From Mytilus californianus (Eukaryota), in contig NW_026262668.1 in the NCBI RefSeq assembly GCF_021869535.1, positions 13,082,001 through 13,146,000 of the forward strand: a DNA stretch of 64,000 nt, given 5' to 3'. Of the stretch, positions 11,888-24,580 are shown in pieces (the stretch's first letter is position 1; each line of letters starts with the position of its first letter). The notes under the pieces are model-generated. The model did not search any database, was not told where the DNA came from, and saw only the letters and a program-made list of their open reading frames with translations. The position numbers and the translations under genes are program-made.

Positions 11888-12369
11888 TTTTAATGAAATA
11901 TTATTATTTTTTGTTAAAATAGATATTTTCCAACAATTTATGTTTTATTTCTTTGTGAAATTCATGTTCGGATTATTATTATTTCAAATTCAACAATGAT
12001 TTGTTGTGGCAGGTTGAAAATATAAAAAAATGACAATGTTTAAAATTTCTTTTGATACTAGAAATAACATGTTACTAAATCACAAAGGACAAGGTTTGTT
12101 TTTTCCAAAACGATGGCTTTCAATTTCAACTTAATCAAAAATGTCACAGTTTGGTCCCGAAATGGATCTATTTAAAATGCGTGAATGCTAAGTAAAACAA
12201 ATTTATCATAAAAGTACACTAGAAACTCCAATGTATAACCACGTGTTATCCGATGGAGAATGTCTGTCATAAAGGTGTCACATGTTTAGCAGGCACAATG
12301 TATAATAAAATTAAAATTTGATATGGCGGCATGGTTATTCACATTATCATCCTGTACGAGAGACAAAAT

Positions 12370-12675
12370 AGCTGATCTGAAAGTTACATCATCTACTTGC
12401 CACTATACATCATGTACTGTGTTACAACCCTAGATAAAGCCGACAAGGAAAGGCATTTCATCGACTACCGAAAGCTATACTTTTTTATGTAACCTAGGTG
12501 GTCGAGTGGTCTAGGGCGCTGGACATGGTGCAGGCGGTGTTGCCACGATGTCTATCAGCTATTAGAGTAATTATGAATATAATATGTGTTTTCAGTCGTG
12601 TATCACCTTCGCTGGTGATCCAATGCATGGATCTGTCGCAGAGTTGACGTACTTATCAATATATATATATATACC
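12370..12675 (+). mobile_element. Diverged copy of the 442-bp tRNA-headed repeat family, ending in (TA)n
   Basis: Homologous to 34215-34380 (leader + A-box) and to 34075-34145 (tail). Confidence 0.75.
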
Positions 12676-13183
12676 TATAATTTGATAGAAATCATTATTT
12701 CTCTTCCCTCTTAGTCATTTTTAGTGTCACTACTTCATTGCAGTGTACTGCCGTGAAGTAGATTTGAAGTTTCTTGTCATTTTAATGTTCTAATCTCTTT
12801 TGATTTAACGTCGATATGTTAAAAGCACTTTTCCAAATTAAGAAACTGTACAGTTAAAAAAAATAATATAAACCAAAAAGTACACGAAAATTGTGTTCAC
12901 GTACATTGCAAGTACAATTTCTACAATAAAGAAAAAATTGATAATCGGTGTAGCTTCTAAATTGAATTTCCGTAGTCTAGTAGGTTTTTTAAGGTTTATA
13001 ATAGCTTTTCCTATTTACAAGATAAGCGAAATATGTTAATTATAATCAATACTGATTGGGAAAATAATATTAAGCAATAATTTGGTTAATCCCGAAAAAA
13101 AAATGCTACTTCTATAGACAGTAAGAAATTTAAATTTTCATCAGTTTCCATCGTTCAAAATAAGATTTCTGGTTTAAATGAAC

Positions 13184-13440
13184 CGCCCTTTATAGCTTGC
13201 TGTTCGGTGTGAGCCAAGGCTCCGTGTTGAAGGCCGTATTTTGACCTATAATGGTTTACTTTTACAAATTGTGACTTGGATGGAGAGTTGTCTCATTGGC
13301 ACTCATACCACATCTTCTTATATCTTCTTATGATACAATGAATTATTATAAAAGATATAAGAAGATGTGGTATGAGTGCCAATGAGACAACTCTCCATCC
13401 AAGTCACAATTTGTAAAAATAAACCATTATAGGGCAAAGT
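13184..13440. repeat. Head-to-head pair of the dispersed 3' module forming an ~86-bp inverted repeat
   Basis: Arms ~13239-13324 and 13354-13439 with a 29-bp spacer. The arms are nearly identical. Confidence 0.9.
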
Positions 13441-13622
13441 CAACTAAACAAACTGCATTCATCGTAAAATGATCTTAAATATTTAAACGGTGATGTAAAT
13501 ACTTGTAAATAGTTTAATAATTTTAATTCTTAGATAATTAACCCATATCAAACAATTTTACCGAAATTTGTAATTGTTTTTAATCTTCGTTGGATAGTCC
13601 AGTTTCTGTTTTAAAGACAATA

Positions 13623-13780
13623 ATAATATACACCTATTGACTGGTTATGAGGATAATAGCAAGTTTGTTGTCCCTGAGATACCAACTATTGCTCGAGGCG
13701 AAGCCGAGGGCAATAGTTAGTATCAAAGGGACAACAAACTTGCTATTACCCTCATAACCAGTCAATAGGTGTTTTATTAT
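13623..13780. mobile_element. Fold-back (palindromic) non-autonomous element with central GCGAAGC mini-hairpin
   Basis: ~70-bp inverted arms. GCGAAGC lies at 13698-13704. Confidence 0.85.
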
Positions 13781-16700
13781 ACCGAACAAAACAACTTTAT
13801 AAAAAGACTACATACACCACTTGGAAAAAAAAACAAATAGTCACATAGACATGCACAAGATGAACTATCGGTTTCCTTTTTTGCCCGTGTGGTATTTGTC
13901 AATATTTTACAGGAATCCTTGTGTAAAAATTTCCGTGCATATGATAAACGCTAGCTAAAATATTTTATCATACAAAAAAGCAACCCCAGATTTATATAGA
14001 CGACAACAGACCAATACCATACATTTGTTATGTTTTAGTTCTTAAAATATGTCTCGTTGATTTTCTCTTTTTGTTTTTTTTTTTGAAAAATTACTTCTAA
14101 TAAGTAATATATTAATTTGGAATTACGACGACAGACACATATATATATTATACCATTTACGATATTTCAGAGTTTAACGTTGCCAAGCGCACAAATCCAA
14201 GCAGAATAGTTAATGACGTCATTGTTGTCCAATGAAAAATTAAAATTAGTATGAAAAAGTACGGGAAATATGTTTATAAAACTATTGACCGGGGTAATAG
14301 TCTTTGAAACTATTGACTAGCAAATAGTCTGTGGAATGAAATAGCACAAATATTTTATTCTTTTTTATATAGAAAAAAAAAATACTGAGGTATAATAAAA
14401 CAATGTATCAGGCACCAAACTGGATAGTTTTATCTAGTAGCAGACACCTGTAGGTGCTTTAATTGTTGAAATAGTATGACGTGGTTACTGACAAAGCTCA
14501 CGCACATAGTCTTTAGCCATAACTGAATGGTGTTTTTTTTTTTTTTTTTTGTGCAGAATTATATATTAAAGCAAAACTCAGAACCACATATTTTGAAGGT
14601 GATAATTCTTAATTCCCTTGTGTTATTTTGTTACTGAACATTTTCATTACTGCTCTGAACTGCTGAGCTGCTGGATTAAACACACATATGTTCCATATTA
14701 AAATTGCATTTGTAGTTTATTGACATTGCTAGATTTTTCTGGTTCATACCTTTAACTGTTCCTAAAACATAACAAAATGCATATTTTGTATTAGTCAAAG
14801 AGATGACACATTGTTTTGTGATATATGAGGACCCTTTTCGTCCTAAACAAGTTAGGAGTAATTAGTCAACAAGTACTTGTTACCACGGTAAATTGGATCG
14901 TTTTTTGTTTGACAAATTATACTTAATGTCTTGAATGCTAATAGTTTCAAACATAAACAGTGCATTTTTTAAGTTTGTATTAATCAAGCTAAGGTGATTA
15001 TCACGTACTACAGAGCTTATAACATACATTTCTCAATGGTTTATATGAAAGTCGAATTACTCCATCTTTTTGCTTTTTATCAGTCGTGCATATGTTTGAC
15101 CTTAAAACGGACTGCATTACTTTCCTTTAATGTAAGTCAACGAAAGTATCATCCACCCAATATCAAAGGTTTGATTCTCTATGTACATCTCTTAAAATCT
15201 AAGGCCGTGTTCACACCAAACGTTTCGTACTGTAAACATGTTTATAATTAGTATCATGTAATGACACTGGTTTCAGATCAAATATGTTCTCATCTGTACA
15301 TCGGTGTTAATTACTTGTACATGAGAATTGTTCACACTACTAAACTACATGTACACGTAATTTACATGTACATTACATAGAATTGAATTGATAATTTCTC
15401 TGCAAACTTTTGTATCAGTTAGGCGCAGACCAATTCATAATTTTTAAAAAATGTGTGTGAGGGGGGGGGGGGGGTTAAATTGTTAAAATTCCAATTCTTT
15501 TTTAGAAAAAAATATATTTGTTTCAGGAGAGAAGTGAGAAAAATCGTTTAATGTCATTGAAAAGTAAGGGCGCCCATTCAACATGGGGTTTTAAAAATGT
15601 TCCTGTATGTAAATGAAAAAAAATGTTTGTTTTTATTATTTAAGTGATACAAAAATGTTTGTCCCACAAAGATGATTGGTTAAGAAAATCGTTCTATTGG
15701 TTTGGAGAACTTTGAGATGTCTAAATATGTCACGATTACACAGGCGAAAGTAGCGTAACAATAAGCTAAAAAAAAAAGGATTTTTGAAATGATTGATTGA
15801 TTGATTGTTGGTTTTAATATCCAGTGGCAAATATTTCATACATGTTCAGGACGAGAACAAAATCGCAATAAATACAATAGGTAGGTCCTGTAAAAGAAGC
15901 CTAAAGGGATAAAAACCTTGGAAATTTGGACAGCCATTGGAAAACAAGAGTATATTGGATAGCGACAACAAGTTTGCCTAGCAAGAGCACAGGCACTTGT
16001 CTCTGAAAAAAAATTTCTGTATACCTTATTATAAGACAAGGTACTTAATTAAACTCACATTTTTGTAATATGTCACCCGGTCGCGAACTTCCGTTATATT
16101 TCGATTCCTCAGTTGTCAACCCCACTAAAACTCGTTATGCCGTAAATCTAAATTGTTTATCAACACAATGGTGTATAACACGCCTACCTTTGTTGTCGGG
16201 ATCATTCGTAGCAGGCCTCCCCAAGTATGTCAACCGTAATTATTTTGTCTACCCACAGCCGATTGAAATTTAAGACTCGTATAAATGATTAATTATAAAA
16301 ATTACAAAAAAAACTGTTAGTTTTTGTCTGAATAGAACTTATCATCCAGATAGTAAATTTGTAAAAGATTCCGTGATAAAATCTAACAAGTGTTATTTGA
16401 GGTATGTCTAATGAGTTGCGAGTTTCTATTTTTAGACTCAAATTTTCCCATTTCATAAATGTCAATCAGTCTCTCTCTGGACTTTACATGTAAAATGATA
16501 TAATTCCAAGAAACATTAATTTTTAGCAATAGACCTTCCCATAAAATTTGACCAATCGGAAACCGAGATATATATAAGAGAGGGGAAAGAGATCAAAGGG
16601 ACAGTTATAATTAACCATTTACTGCGAATCTTAAACCGTTCTATCAACAGGTGTAAAATGAATATTCCGTCAACAACAAAAAAAAATCCTCCCACTGAAA

Positions 16701-17453
16701 ATCAAATGGTCCACTAAGACTTTTTAAATTTAATCATGTTTTTAATTTAGCAAGTTTCGATTTATTTCATTTAAATAGGTAAATAACTTAATTCACAATA
16801 TTATTATAATCATTTTTATTCAATATTTGCATGCAACTTCAACAAATATTTATAATAAAATCCACGTTCTTAATGTCTAGTTTAATGATCACTTAACCCA
16901 CGCAAGGTGAACATTGACTATCGCGGTCGATTGTATGTAGTCAAAACCTTATTTAAACTACTTGTAAACATCGATGTTTATCAATGGGTTTACTTGTCGA
17001 GTACACTTTGGTGGATAGTTGTCACATTGGCAATCATACCACATCTCCTTATTTTTATATAAATAATAGAAAAGAAAGGAATTGGTTCATCCATACAAAA
17101 TCACTAAATGTTTCACATAAATTCTGACGAATTAAACTTTTTTAAGTAATACTGAATCGATATGAATTGTGTACAAAGGGGAATATACAAAGGCGACAAT
17201 AAAAAAAAAACATAAGTCAAAGAAAAACATACAACACCATGACCAAAAGAAACAAAAGGAAAGACAAACAACACTCCCCATTACACTATACAGTAAACGA
17301 AATAGTAAGCAACACCAACCCAACGATGAGTCAGATTAAGTAATGTTACAATTGAGGAAAAAAGGACGGATTTTGTAACAATGAGTGGAACATATCCGTG
17401 GTCATCTATGAATAAGAAGCAACAGTAGTAGAGGTTTCAAACTAGCAAAGCCA

Positions 17454-18435
17454 TTTTAGCCCATTTCCCAATGGCTACTGTGAGTTATTGCCATCATTGG
17501 GAGGCCGTCGCATTGCCTATAAACTTTGATTAAAATCTCCTCATCTGTAACTACCTGGCCAGTTGCAACCACACTTGGCCACAATCATCCTTTGAGTATC
17601 CTTCTTAAAATTTGTGTCCGATGAACCAAGCGGCCGACAAACATGGCCGTCATGGCTGAAAAAATAGTAGTAAAATACAAGTATTGTATATTATCTTGAA
17701 AACTGTTATGGAAAAAGAAATTCCGACAGCGGCAAAAATGGTTATACCTACCTAATATCTAATTTGACAAATATATAAGGCTACTCCTTATAAGACTTAT
17801 TGTCCTTAAATGACAACCTTTTTACCACTTTTGTGTTTTTAGCTATACTTTTAAAAACTTTTATAGAAAGAGTGAAGTTTTCAACAGCAAAAATGATCAG
17901 CAAGATAAATCTTCAAATACGTCCAATTCGCATTAATGACGATCGTTACCAATATTTTGAGTTTTTGGTGAAAACTATAGAAGATAGAGAGAAACTTTAG
18001 AATTAAAAATAATCATCAAAATAAGATTTACTATAATCAAGTCTAATGACCAAAATTGTCAGACGACTCCTTATAGGAGTTAATGACGATATTGCAAAAT
18101 TATGGCCTGTTTCACCATTATCTTTAAAATTATAATAAGTAAAGAGAACCTTTGAATAGCACAAAATATCAACAAGAAGACATCTACAAATAAAACAATA
18201 TGCGGAAAGGTGTCAGTAAACTTTTAATAGAAGTTATAGCCTTTAAAAGACGTTTTCGTATATAGTATTGCCCGGAAATCACTATTTTAACCATTTTTGT
18301 TTTTCGTTATTGCTAAATATCTTGCAAATGATAATGGATACACAAGAGTTCTGTCCAGCAAAAATTAGTTTGCATTGTATTACTTTTAAGGGAAAAAACC
18401 AGGTGAGCAATTCATGCTCCTTATAGCCTCTAGTT
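17454..18435 (+). mobile_element. Helentron/HINE-like non-autonomous element
   Basis: Degenerate TTTTAGC.. 5' end and a CAGGTGAGC...GCTC..AGCCTCTAGTT 3' end (subterminal repeat + hairpin). Recognition-based. Confidence 0.6.
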
Positions 18436-19622
18436 CATATACAAATCGAGATACGATGATTGGTAGACACGTATAAAGTTCAAAGAGAGCGAGACTAAGT
18501 GCGTCGATAGGGTAAACGACTATTGCTATGCATTCATTACCTGTCATCAGAATCCAAACTGTCACGATAGGGAAAAGGATAATTGGGTAAATTTGCAGTA
18601 ATCTGGTATTTTAAAACCTTAAACCAGGAAACATGTCTGCCGTGCAAAAAAAATCGTGATGGTGACCGTCAAACGTTGCACTGTGTATATGATACATAAA
18701 TTACATATGGCGTCCTTAACATTTTTTTGGAAAAGATGAGTTCATCTATACCATTAAGATTCCTATTTTCGATAGCTTGCTTGTCAACATTAACTCTTTT
18801 TAATGATAGGAATACAAGCCATTGAATATCGGTTCAAGTGTGAGATGTCGGTGCTACTGGAATGTTTTGTTTTTGATTGTGTTATATTTTTTTTCAAGTT
18901 TTCGAACCTTAAGTCCCCGTCTTCACAGGGTAAAGATTATTATAAACACGTGTTAAACGTTAATTCCTATTTAAATAAGCTAATATAAGACCATATGTAC
19001 CCATCATTTTCTATTCTAGAGGTCTTTTGGTTTTTTTGTCGTTAGATTTTTGTCTCATAGAGTACCATATCTCCTTTATTTAAACGCGATGTGCTTACAT
19101 TTCAAATGGTGACCTTTCCTTTGCGAGGAGTCGTAATATAGGTACACCACCTTATTAAAAAGCAGCACTTATGTCACAGTGACGTTTTGGTCAGATGTGT
19201 CGGTGTCTCGACTCACTAGCGACATGTTTTCGTGGTATTGGATCAGATACAAGTACATTTGTCTGATCTGTAATTTTACCGAATGTAACATTTTGATTGA
19301 GTGTGGATTCGCATGGTGGGTGATGCGTGCAAGAAGGCGACACATCCGCAACGTGGATGATGCATACCTTTAGGAGACGCTTACTGTGTCGAAAAATTCG
19401 ATGTCGCTACTTTTGTGTTTTTGCAATTCCCTCGGGTTTTGTTTGTTACCTTAATCTGTATTTCTAAGTGGATTTATGAGATTTGAACAGCGGTAAACTA
19501 CCGTTACCTAAATATATTTAATAGATATAGGAAGATGTGGTATGAGTGCCAATGAGACAACTCTCCATCCAAGTAACAATTTATAAAAGTAAACCATTAT
19601 AAGTCAAGGTACGGCCTTTCAG

Positions 19623-20108
19623 CATGTTAATATAAAGTTTTATAAAACCATACAAATGTAAAACGCAACTATAATGCCCATGTTATCGAGAAACACAACC
19701 ATAATGATCATGTTAATGTGAAACACAACTTATGATTCCCATGTTAATGTAAATCTTAACCCTCTGATAATGCTAATGTGAAAACCATTACAATTCTTGT
19801 CATGCAAATATCAAAACAAACCAACTTGACAATGTTAGTATTAAACCGGACTTTATCCTGACCACATTAATGTTAAATCTTATAAAGTTGACAATGTTAA
19901 CACTTTAACCATGTTTACATCAAAACCACCAACCAAACTGACAATACTATCATTAAATTATACAAACCTTACCATGCTAATACAAAACCGCAACATTCTG
20001 ATCATTCAATATAAAGCCAAAAAATCTATTCATGTCAATGAACAACCCTATCAATCTAACGATGATTATGGAAAATCCTATCGACCCGATTCGTTCCTAA
20101 ATGGTTAG
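19623..20108 (+). repeat. Degenerate ~30-bp tandem array that reads as a frameshifted 10-aa repeat (D-H/N-V-N-V/I-K-x4)
   Basis: CATGTTAAT-like anchors at 19649, 19679, 19709, 19740, 19769, 19801, 19831, 19863, 19893, 19943, 19973, 20003, 20031 and 20061. Confidence 0.75.
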
Positions 20109-20606
20109 TTACCTCTGGATTCAAGTCCCCCACCTGAATAGTAGTTAAGATCAAATTGTCAACCGTTCTAATTTGACCTTGAGAATGTGGAAAACAAATA
20201 TAAAGCATTTCTGCTGCATAAATCTGCTTATTCATATTATGATTTTTTTTTATATCAAAATGTATTGTAAAATGAATCATGGAAGAACCCTCTTCTTCGC
20301 GTTACCCAATTTACAAGTTATTATAATTCAAAATCAGTTTCCACAAATATGAAGATCTATAGAAGACCGTTTATCATTTCTGCAGCATAACCGCTATTAG
20401 ATTGAAATGTCAGATTAGTAATGACGTTCTTTAAAAATGTGTCAATGTAATCACACATACTTGATAATGCACTGTTTTACATGTAATACTCATTTGGTAT
20501 CTAATAAAAAAAATCATTGAGTAATTCATTTTATGTTTTAAGGATTCACAGAATCAAGAAAATAAATATATAATCTATAAATAATAAATAATAAATAAAT
20601 GTAGGA

Positions 20607-21827
20607 TTAAACACTGGCTTTCATACCAGTTATATGTTCGTTTTCTGAATCAACGATTCTATATGCGACTATTTTGTTGGCTTTCGTATCACCATATGTA
20701 ATAAAAAGCATGTAATTGTTTTGAAAAAATCGGATTGTCACTGCCTGTGGTCGTTTCATGCCCATGTGTGCCGTAACGATGTGTTGCACAAACTTCCCAT
20801 CACTAGAGAACATTGATACTCTATTATTGTAATAGTCTGCTACAATAATATTGTCTTCATGGTCTGTACATATACCATGCGGAAATTTAAGCTCTCCATC
20901 ATTGCTTCCATATTTTCCAAATGATTTAATGTGATCTCCATGTCTGTCAAAAAGTCGTATGCAGTGATTTCCTGAATCTGACACAACAATGTTACCAGAA
21001 TGTGACAATGTAACATGACGAGGGGATTTCAAAGAAAAACTGCTTTCATCGTCTTCTGGTATTGTCCTGATAAGTTCACCTTTATCGGAAAAAATATGGA
21101 TTTTATTTTGTCTGATATCGGAAACTATATATCTGTTTCTCCTATCTACGATTACACCACTTGGATATTCTAGTACATCTTCCCCAAATCTTAATTTTTC
21201 TATCCCAGCGCAAGACATAACGGAAATACATCTTTCTCTACTTAACGCAACTGCAAAAGCCCCACTTGGTGTAGCTGCAGCAGTCCACGGTTCTGACCGT
21301 TTGCTTACTTGGATACTTTTGACCAACCGACCGCTACCGGTATAGATCAGCAAACTGCTATTGAGAACGTCAGTTACAATAACGGTGCCATTGTATATAT
21401 GATATATTCCTGTTCCATTACGTAGTTGACCTTGTTCTGAACCCGTATTTCCAAATCTATTATATAGGTAAGCTTTAAACCTATTGCCAGCTTGTTCATA
21501 TTCGTCGAGTAGAGAGAAAGTTCTGACTTTTCGAAGACCCTGTTCTTCCCTTGATATAATCGAAATAGTGTCCTCCTTTTTCAGTAAACTTAAAAAATCT
21601 TCGCGCTCGAATGATGCACATGATACTATACTATCCTTGTGTTTCATATGTCCCAAATTAGGGAACAATTCTCCGTACCCACTGTCTCCTTCACTGTCTA
21701 TATCTTCTGTCATGATACTAAGTCCTGGATTATCAAACCCACCTATGTCAAAGGAGACCCTTCGTTGGCGGCGAATTAGTACTGGGGATGATGGTTTATT
21801 TGATTTACTTGCACCTGGAATGAACAT
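20607..21827 (-). CDS. NHL-repeat (beta-propeller) protein related to the TRIM2/3/71 NHL domain, without RING/B-box, with a ~115-aa acidic/Ser-rich N-terminus
   Basis: 406-aa uninterrupted ORF. NHL repeats include PSGVIVDRRNRYIVSDIRQNKIHIF, PRHVTLSHSGNIVVSDSGNHCIRLF and FGKYGSNDGELKFPHGICTDHEDNIIVADYYNNRVSMF. An in-frame TAA lies just upstream of the ATG (21846-21848). Confidence 0.93.
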   Translation of the reverse strand: MFIPGASKSNKPSSPVLIRRQRRVSFDIGGFDNPGLSIMTEDIDSEGDSGYGELFPNLGHMKHKDSIVSCASFEREDFLSLLKKEDTISIISREEQGLRKVRTFSLLDEYEQAGNRFKAYLYNRFGNTGSEQGQLRNGTGIYHIYNGTVIVTDVLNSSLLIYTGSGRLVKSIQVSKRSEPWTAAATPSGAFAVALSRERCISVMSCAGIEKLRFGEDVLEYPSGVIVDRRNRYIVSDIRQNKIHIFSDKGELIRTIPEDDESSFSLKSPRHVTLSHSGNIVVSDSGNHCIRLFDRHGDHIKSFGKYGSNDGELKFPHGICTDHEDNIIVADYYNNRVSMFSSDGKFVQHIVTAHMGMKRPQAVTIRFFQNNYMLFITYGDTKANKIVAYRIVDSENEHITGMKASV

Positions 21828-21849
21828 TGAATAAAGATGATATGATTAA

Positions 21850-21929
21850 CTGCTATATGAAATACATATTAAATATAGATCATTTTCTCTAGAATTTATA
21901 ATACTATACGCTATTTAGCACATACTTAC
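21850..21929 (-). other. Putative 80-nt 5' UTR intron of the NHL gene
   Basis: GTAAGT donor (21929-21924) and a pyrimidine-rich ...CATATAGCAG acceptor ending at 21850, 22 nt before the ATG. No transcript data. Confidence 0.35.
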
Positions 21930-22290
21930 AACTTGTCCAATCGAATTGCTTGTATTTGCATTCTAATTTGCATAGTACATACTTTTTCCTATGCATGAAT
22001 GACCACAAGGGTAAGATTTCATTGTATTGTAATCAAGATATTAAATCAAAATTGCCACTGGCTATTTTGAAATAAAATGATGTGTCCCAAATTAAAAAAA
22101 AAGAAGTTTGTAATTAGATTTCACATTTTAATATCGATGACCATGCCTGCGTTTTAATAAAAAAAAATAAGAACTAAGAAGTCAATGATTTGTTATTTGT
22201 TATGATTTTTCACATACATTGTTGTAACTTATAGCAATTTGCTATGCTTCTACCTGTCCAAGTCTTTGAAGCAAATTTTGATCTAAAACG

Positions 22291-22333
22291 TTTTTTGTTT
22301 TTGTTTTTGTTTTTGTTTTTGTTTTTGTTTTTT
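22291..22333. repeat. (TTTTTG)n microsatellite
   Basis: About 7 units. Confidence 0.95.
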
Positions 22334-24384
22334 ATGATAAACGACCCTTAATTTGTTTTGGCATTTAAAACGACCAAAAGAGACCTTAAAGTAAAAGCCA
22401 AATCCAGCTGGAGTCAGCTTTGTCTGATAATTTCTAAATTTCACAACGATGAATTTAAGAAAGATATGTTATAGATTATGTCAGTACCGAAGCACTAACA
22501 ACTGAGCTGATGATACATCGAGAGCTAATAGTTCACTAACAGCGATATAGAATCAGTGCTAATTGAAAATAACTCTTTATAAATTAAAAGCAGATGAAGA
22601 TGTTGGAATGAAATTAATTGAATTTTATAACTTATGAATAAATAATTAGATTTATAATAAATGATTGCTTTAAATTTAGCCTGAAATTTCACGAATACAT
22701 TTCGCAAACAATTTACCACTTTTTTAACTTTGTGCTTATTCTATATAAATGTTTGGATAAAATTTTCACTAAATTTAGAAAATAAACAACACATACAATA
22801 ACTATAATTACTAGTAATGTTCTTACCTGTACAACGTATATCTATTGATGAAAGAATGAAATTCCTAAATTTCATTGTAGTAATCAATTATAATTTGATT
22901 TTTAAATAATATATCAATGAAATAAATATGTCAATAATTAAATATCCATTGCCCATTTTATATAAAATTTATACTTAAATACTTAGAAGTGAGAATAACG
23001 CACTGACGTCACAAACCAAAATTATAAATTCAAAAATATTAATATTCAACACTATCAATAACAATTAATAATTGAAATTTATGGATTCATGTTAAATGCA
23101 TGAAATTAACAGATTTCATTGGCAGATGCATACTTTTAGTTTAAAATGTGCATAACAAGCTTGTCATCCAAAATGTCATTTAAACATCAAAGATTGCACG
23201 CGGGCTAGTCATGCAGATTGTTTCAACTTGTCATACCCTTTAAAATATCTTCACGGCTTTTCCAAATATGCGTGCTTCAACTGACTTAATTCAATTCACT
23301 TAAACTAGTGACATCGAGGAAATGGTTATTTATAATACTTTTAACATTAAAAGTTCAGGGGAAGGAAAGATGTTACACAATAAACCACACAAGGAAAAGC
23401 CAGATTTATGATAAAAAATCTTGGAATAACTAATTATGCCATGTTGTGATCACTTGTTCCTCTGCATGAAGACTTCATGGTATCATTTTTTTTTCTGCTC
23501 TTGGTTGATTTATCTTTTAAAATACACGAAGTCTATTTACTTATGCTTCAAATAAAAATATATTTTTAGAAAACGTTTAAAAAATTATAACAACATTACT
23601 GAATGTAAGGTATAATTAAAAAGGGAAAGTCCATAAACACTGACAAAATCAAACGCTATCAAACAACGGAACAAGTGAAAGACAACTGCCAAATTCTTGA
23701 CTTTGTACAGGCATTTACCGAAGTGCTTGCTTCCTTTATATTAATGAGCTAAAACTTAATCTCTTTCAAAAACGTTATATTAATTCTTTTATTTCAATTA
23801 TGTATTTAATTATTCCTTACAGTGACTTTTTTCACTAAATTTTGTTAATTTTTTTATGTATGTTTGTGAATGGATTTTGTTTCTTACTTTCAACTTCCAG
23901 TTACATTAGTATAAATGTTTTTTCACAATGTGAGTATATTTGTTAGACTCAGACTGACGTCCGGTCTGTAATCGACGTGTGTTCAACAAACCAACGTATC
24001 TTTATCCTTTTCAAATTACAGCAACGTAATTGATGAACATGAGAAGGAACAACAAAGTAGGCAATATCCCAAATAAACTTTTATGAAAATAAAAGGACAA
24101 GCAGTAAATAAGCTAAGACGAGGGCCGGCATCATATTACATGTACTTGTTTACAAATATTTTGGTGAAAAAAGTTAATCTACACATTTCATATAAATAAA
24201 TCACATGTGGATATACGACAACAAAGACAACAACACAACGACAAAGATAACATAACCGTAAGATATAAAGGCAGCATTATACAGTCTCAAACAATTGACA
24301 GAATGAAGAAATATAGTCAATTGTTGAAAAGTATTATTATTTTGAATTTAAAATCTTATATTTTTTTAGTTTTAGGTTCTTGAA

Positions 24385-24580
24385 GAGAGACGAAAGATAC
24401 CAAAGGGACATTCAAACTCATAAGTCAAAAACAAACTGACAACGCCATGTCTAAAAAAGAAAAAGACCAACAGACAAATAACAGAACACAAAACATAACA
24501 TAGAAAACCAAAGACTCAGCAACACGAACCTCACCAAAACATGGGGGTGATCTCAGGTGCTCCGGAAGGGTAACCAGATC
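24385..24580 (-). mobile_element. Solo 3' UTR fragment of the PLE-type RT family
   Basis: GATCTCAGGTGCTCCGGAAGGGTAA motif, also found directly after the RT at 30700-30790 and at 41770-41830. Confidence 0.75.

Noticed and set aside
15205-15350. TAAGGCCGTGTTCACAC, a Harbinger-like left terminus
   Set aside because: No matching right TIR or TSD found nearby.
21484-21834. 116-aa + strand ORF
   Set aside because: Antisense shadow of the NHL gene with no independent features.
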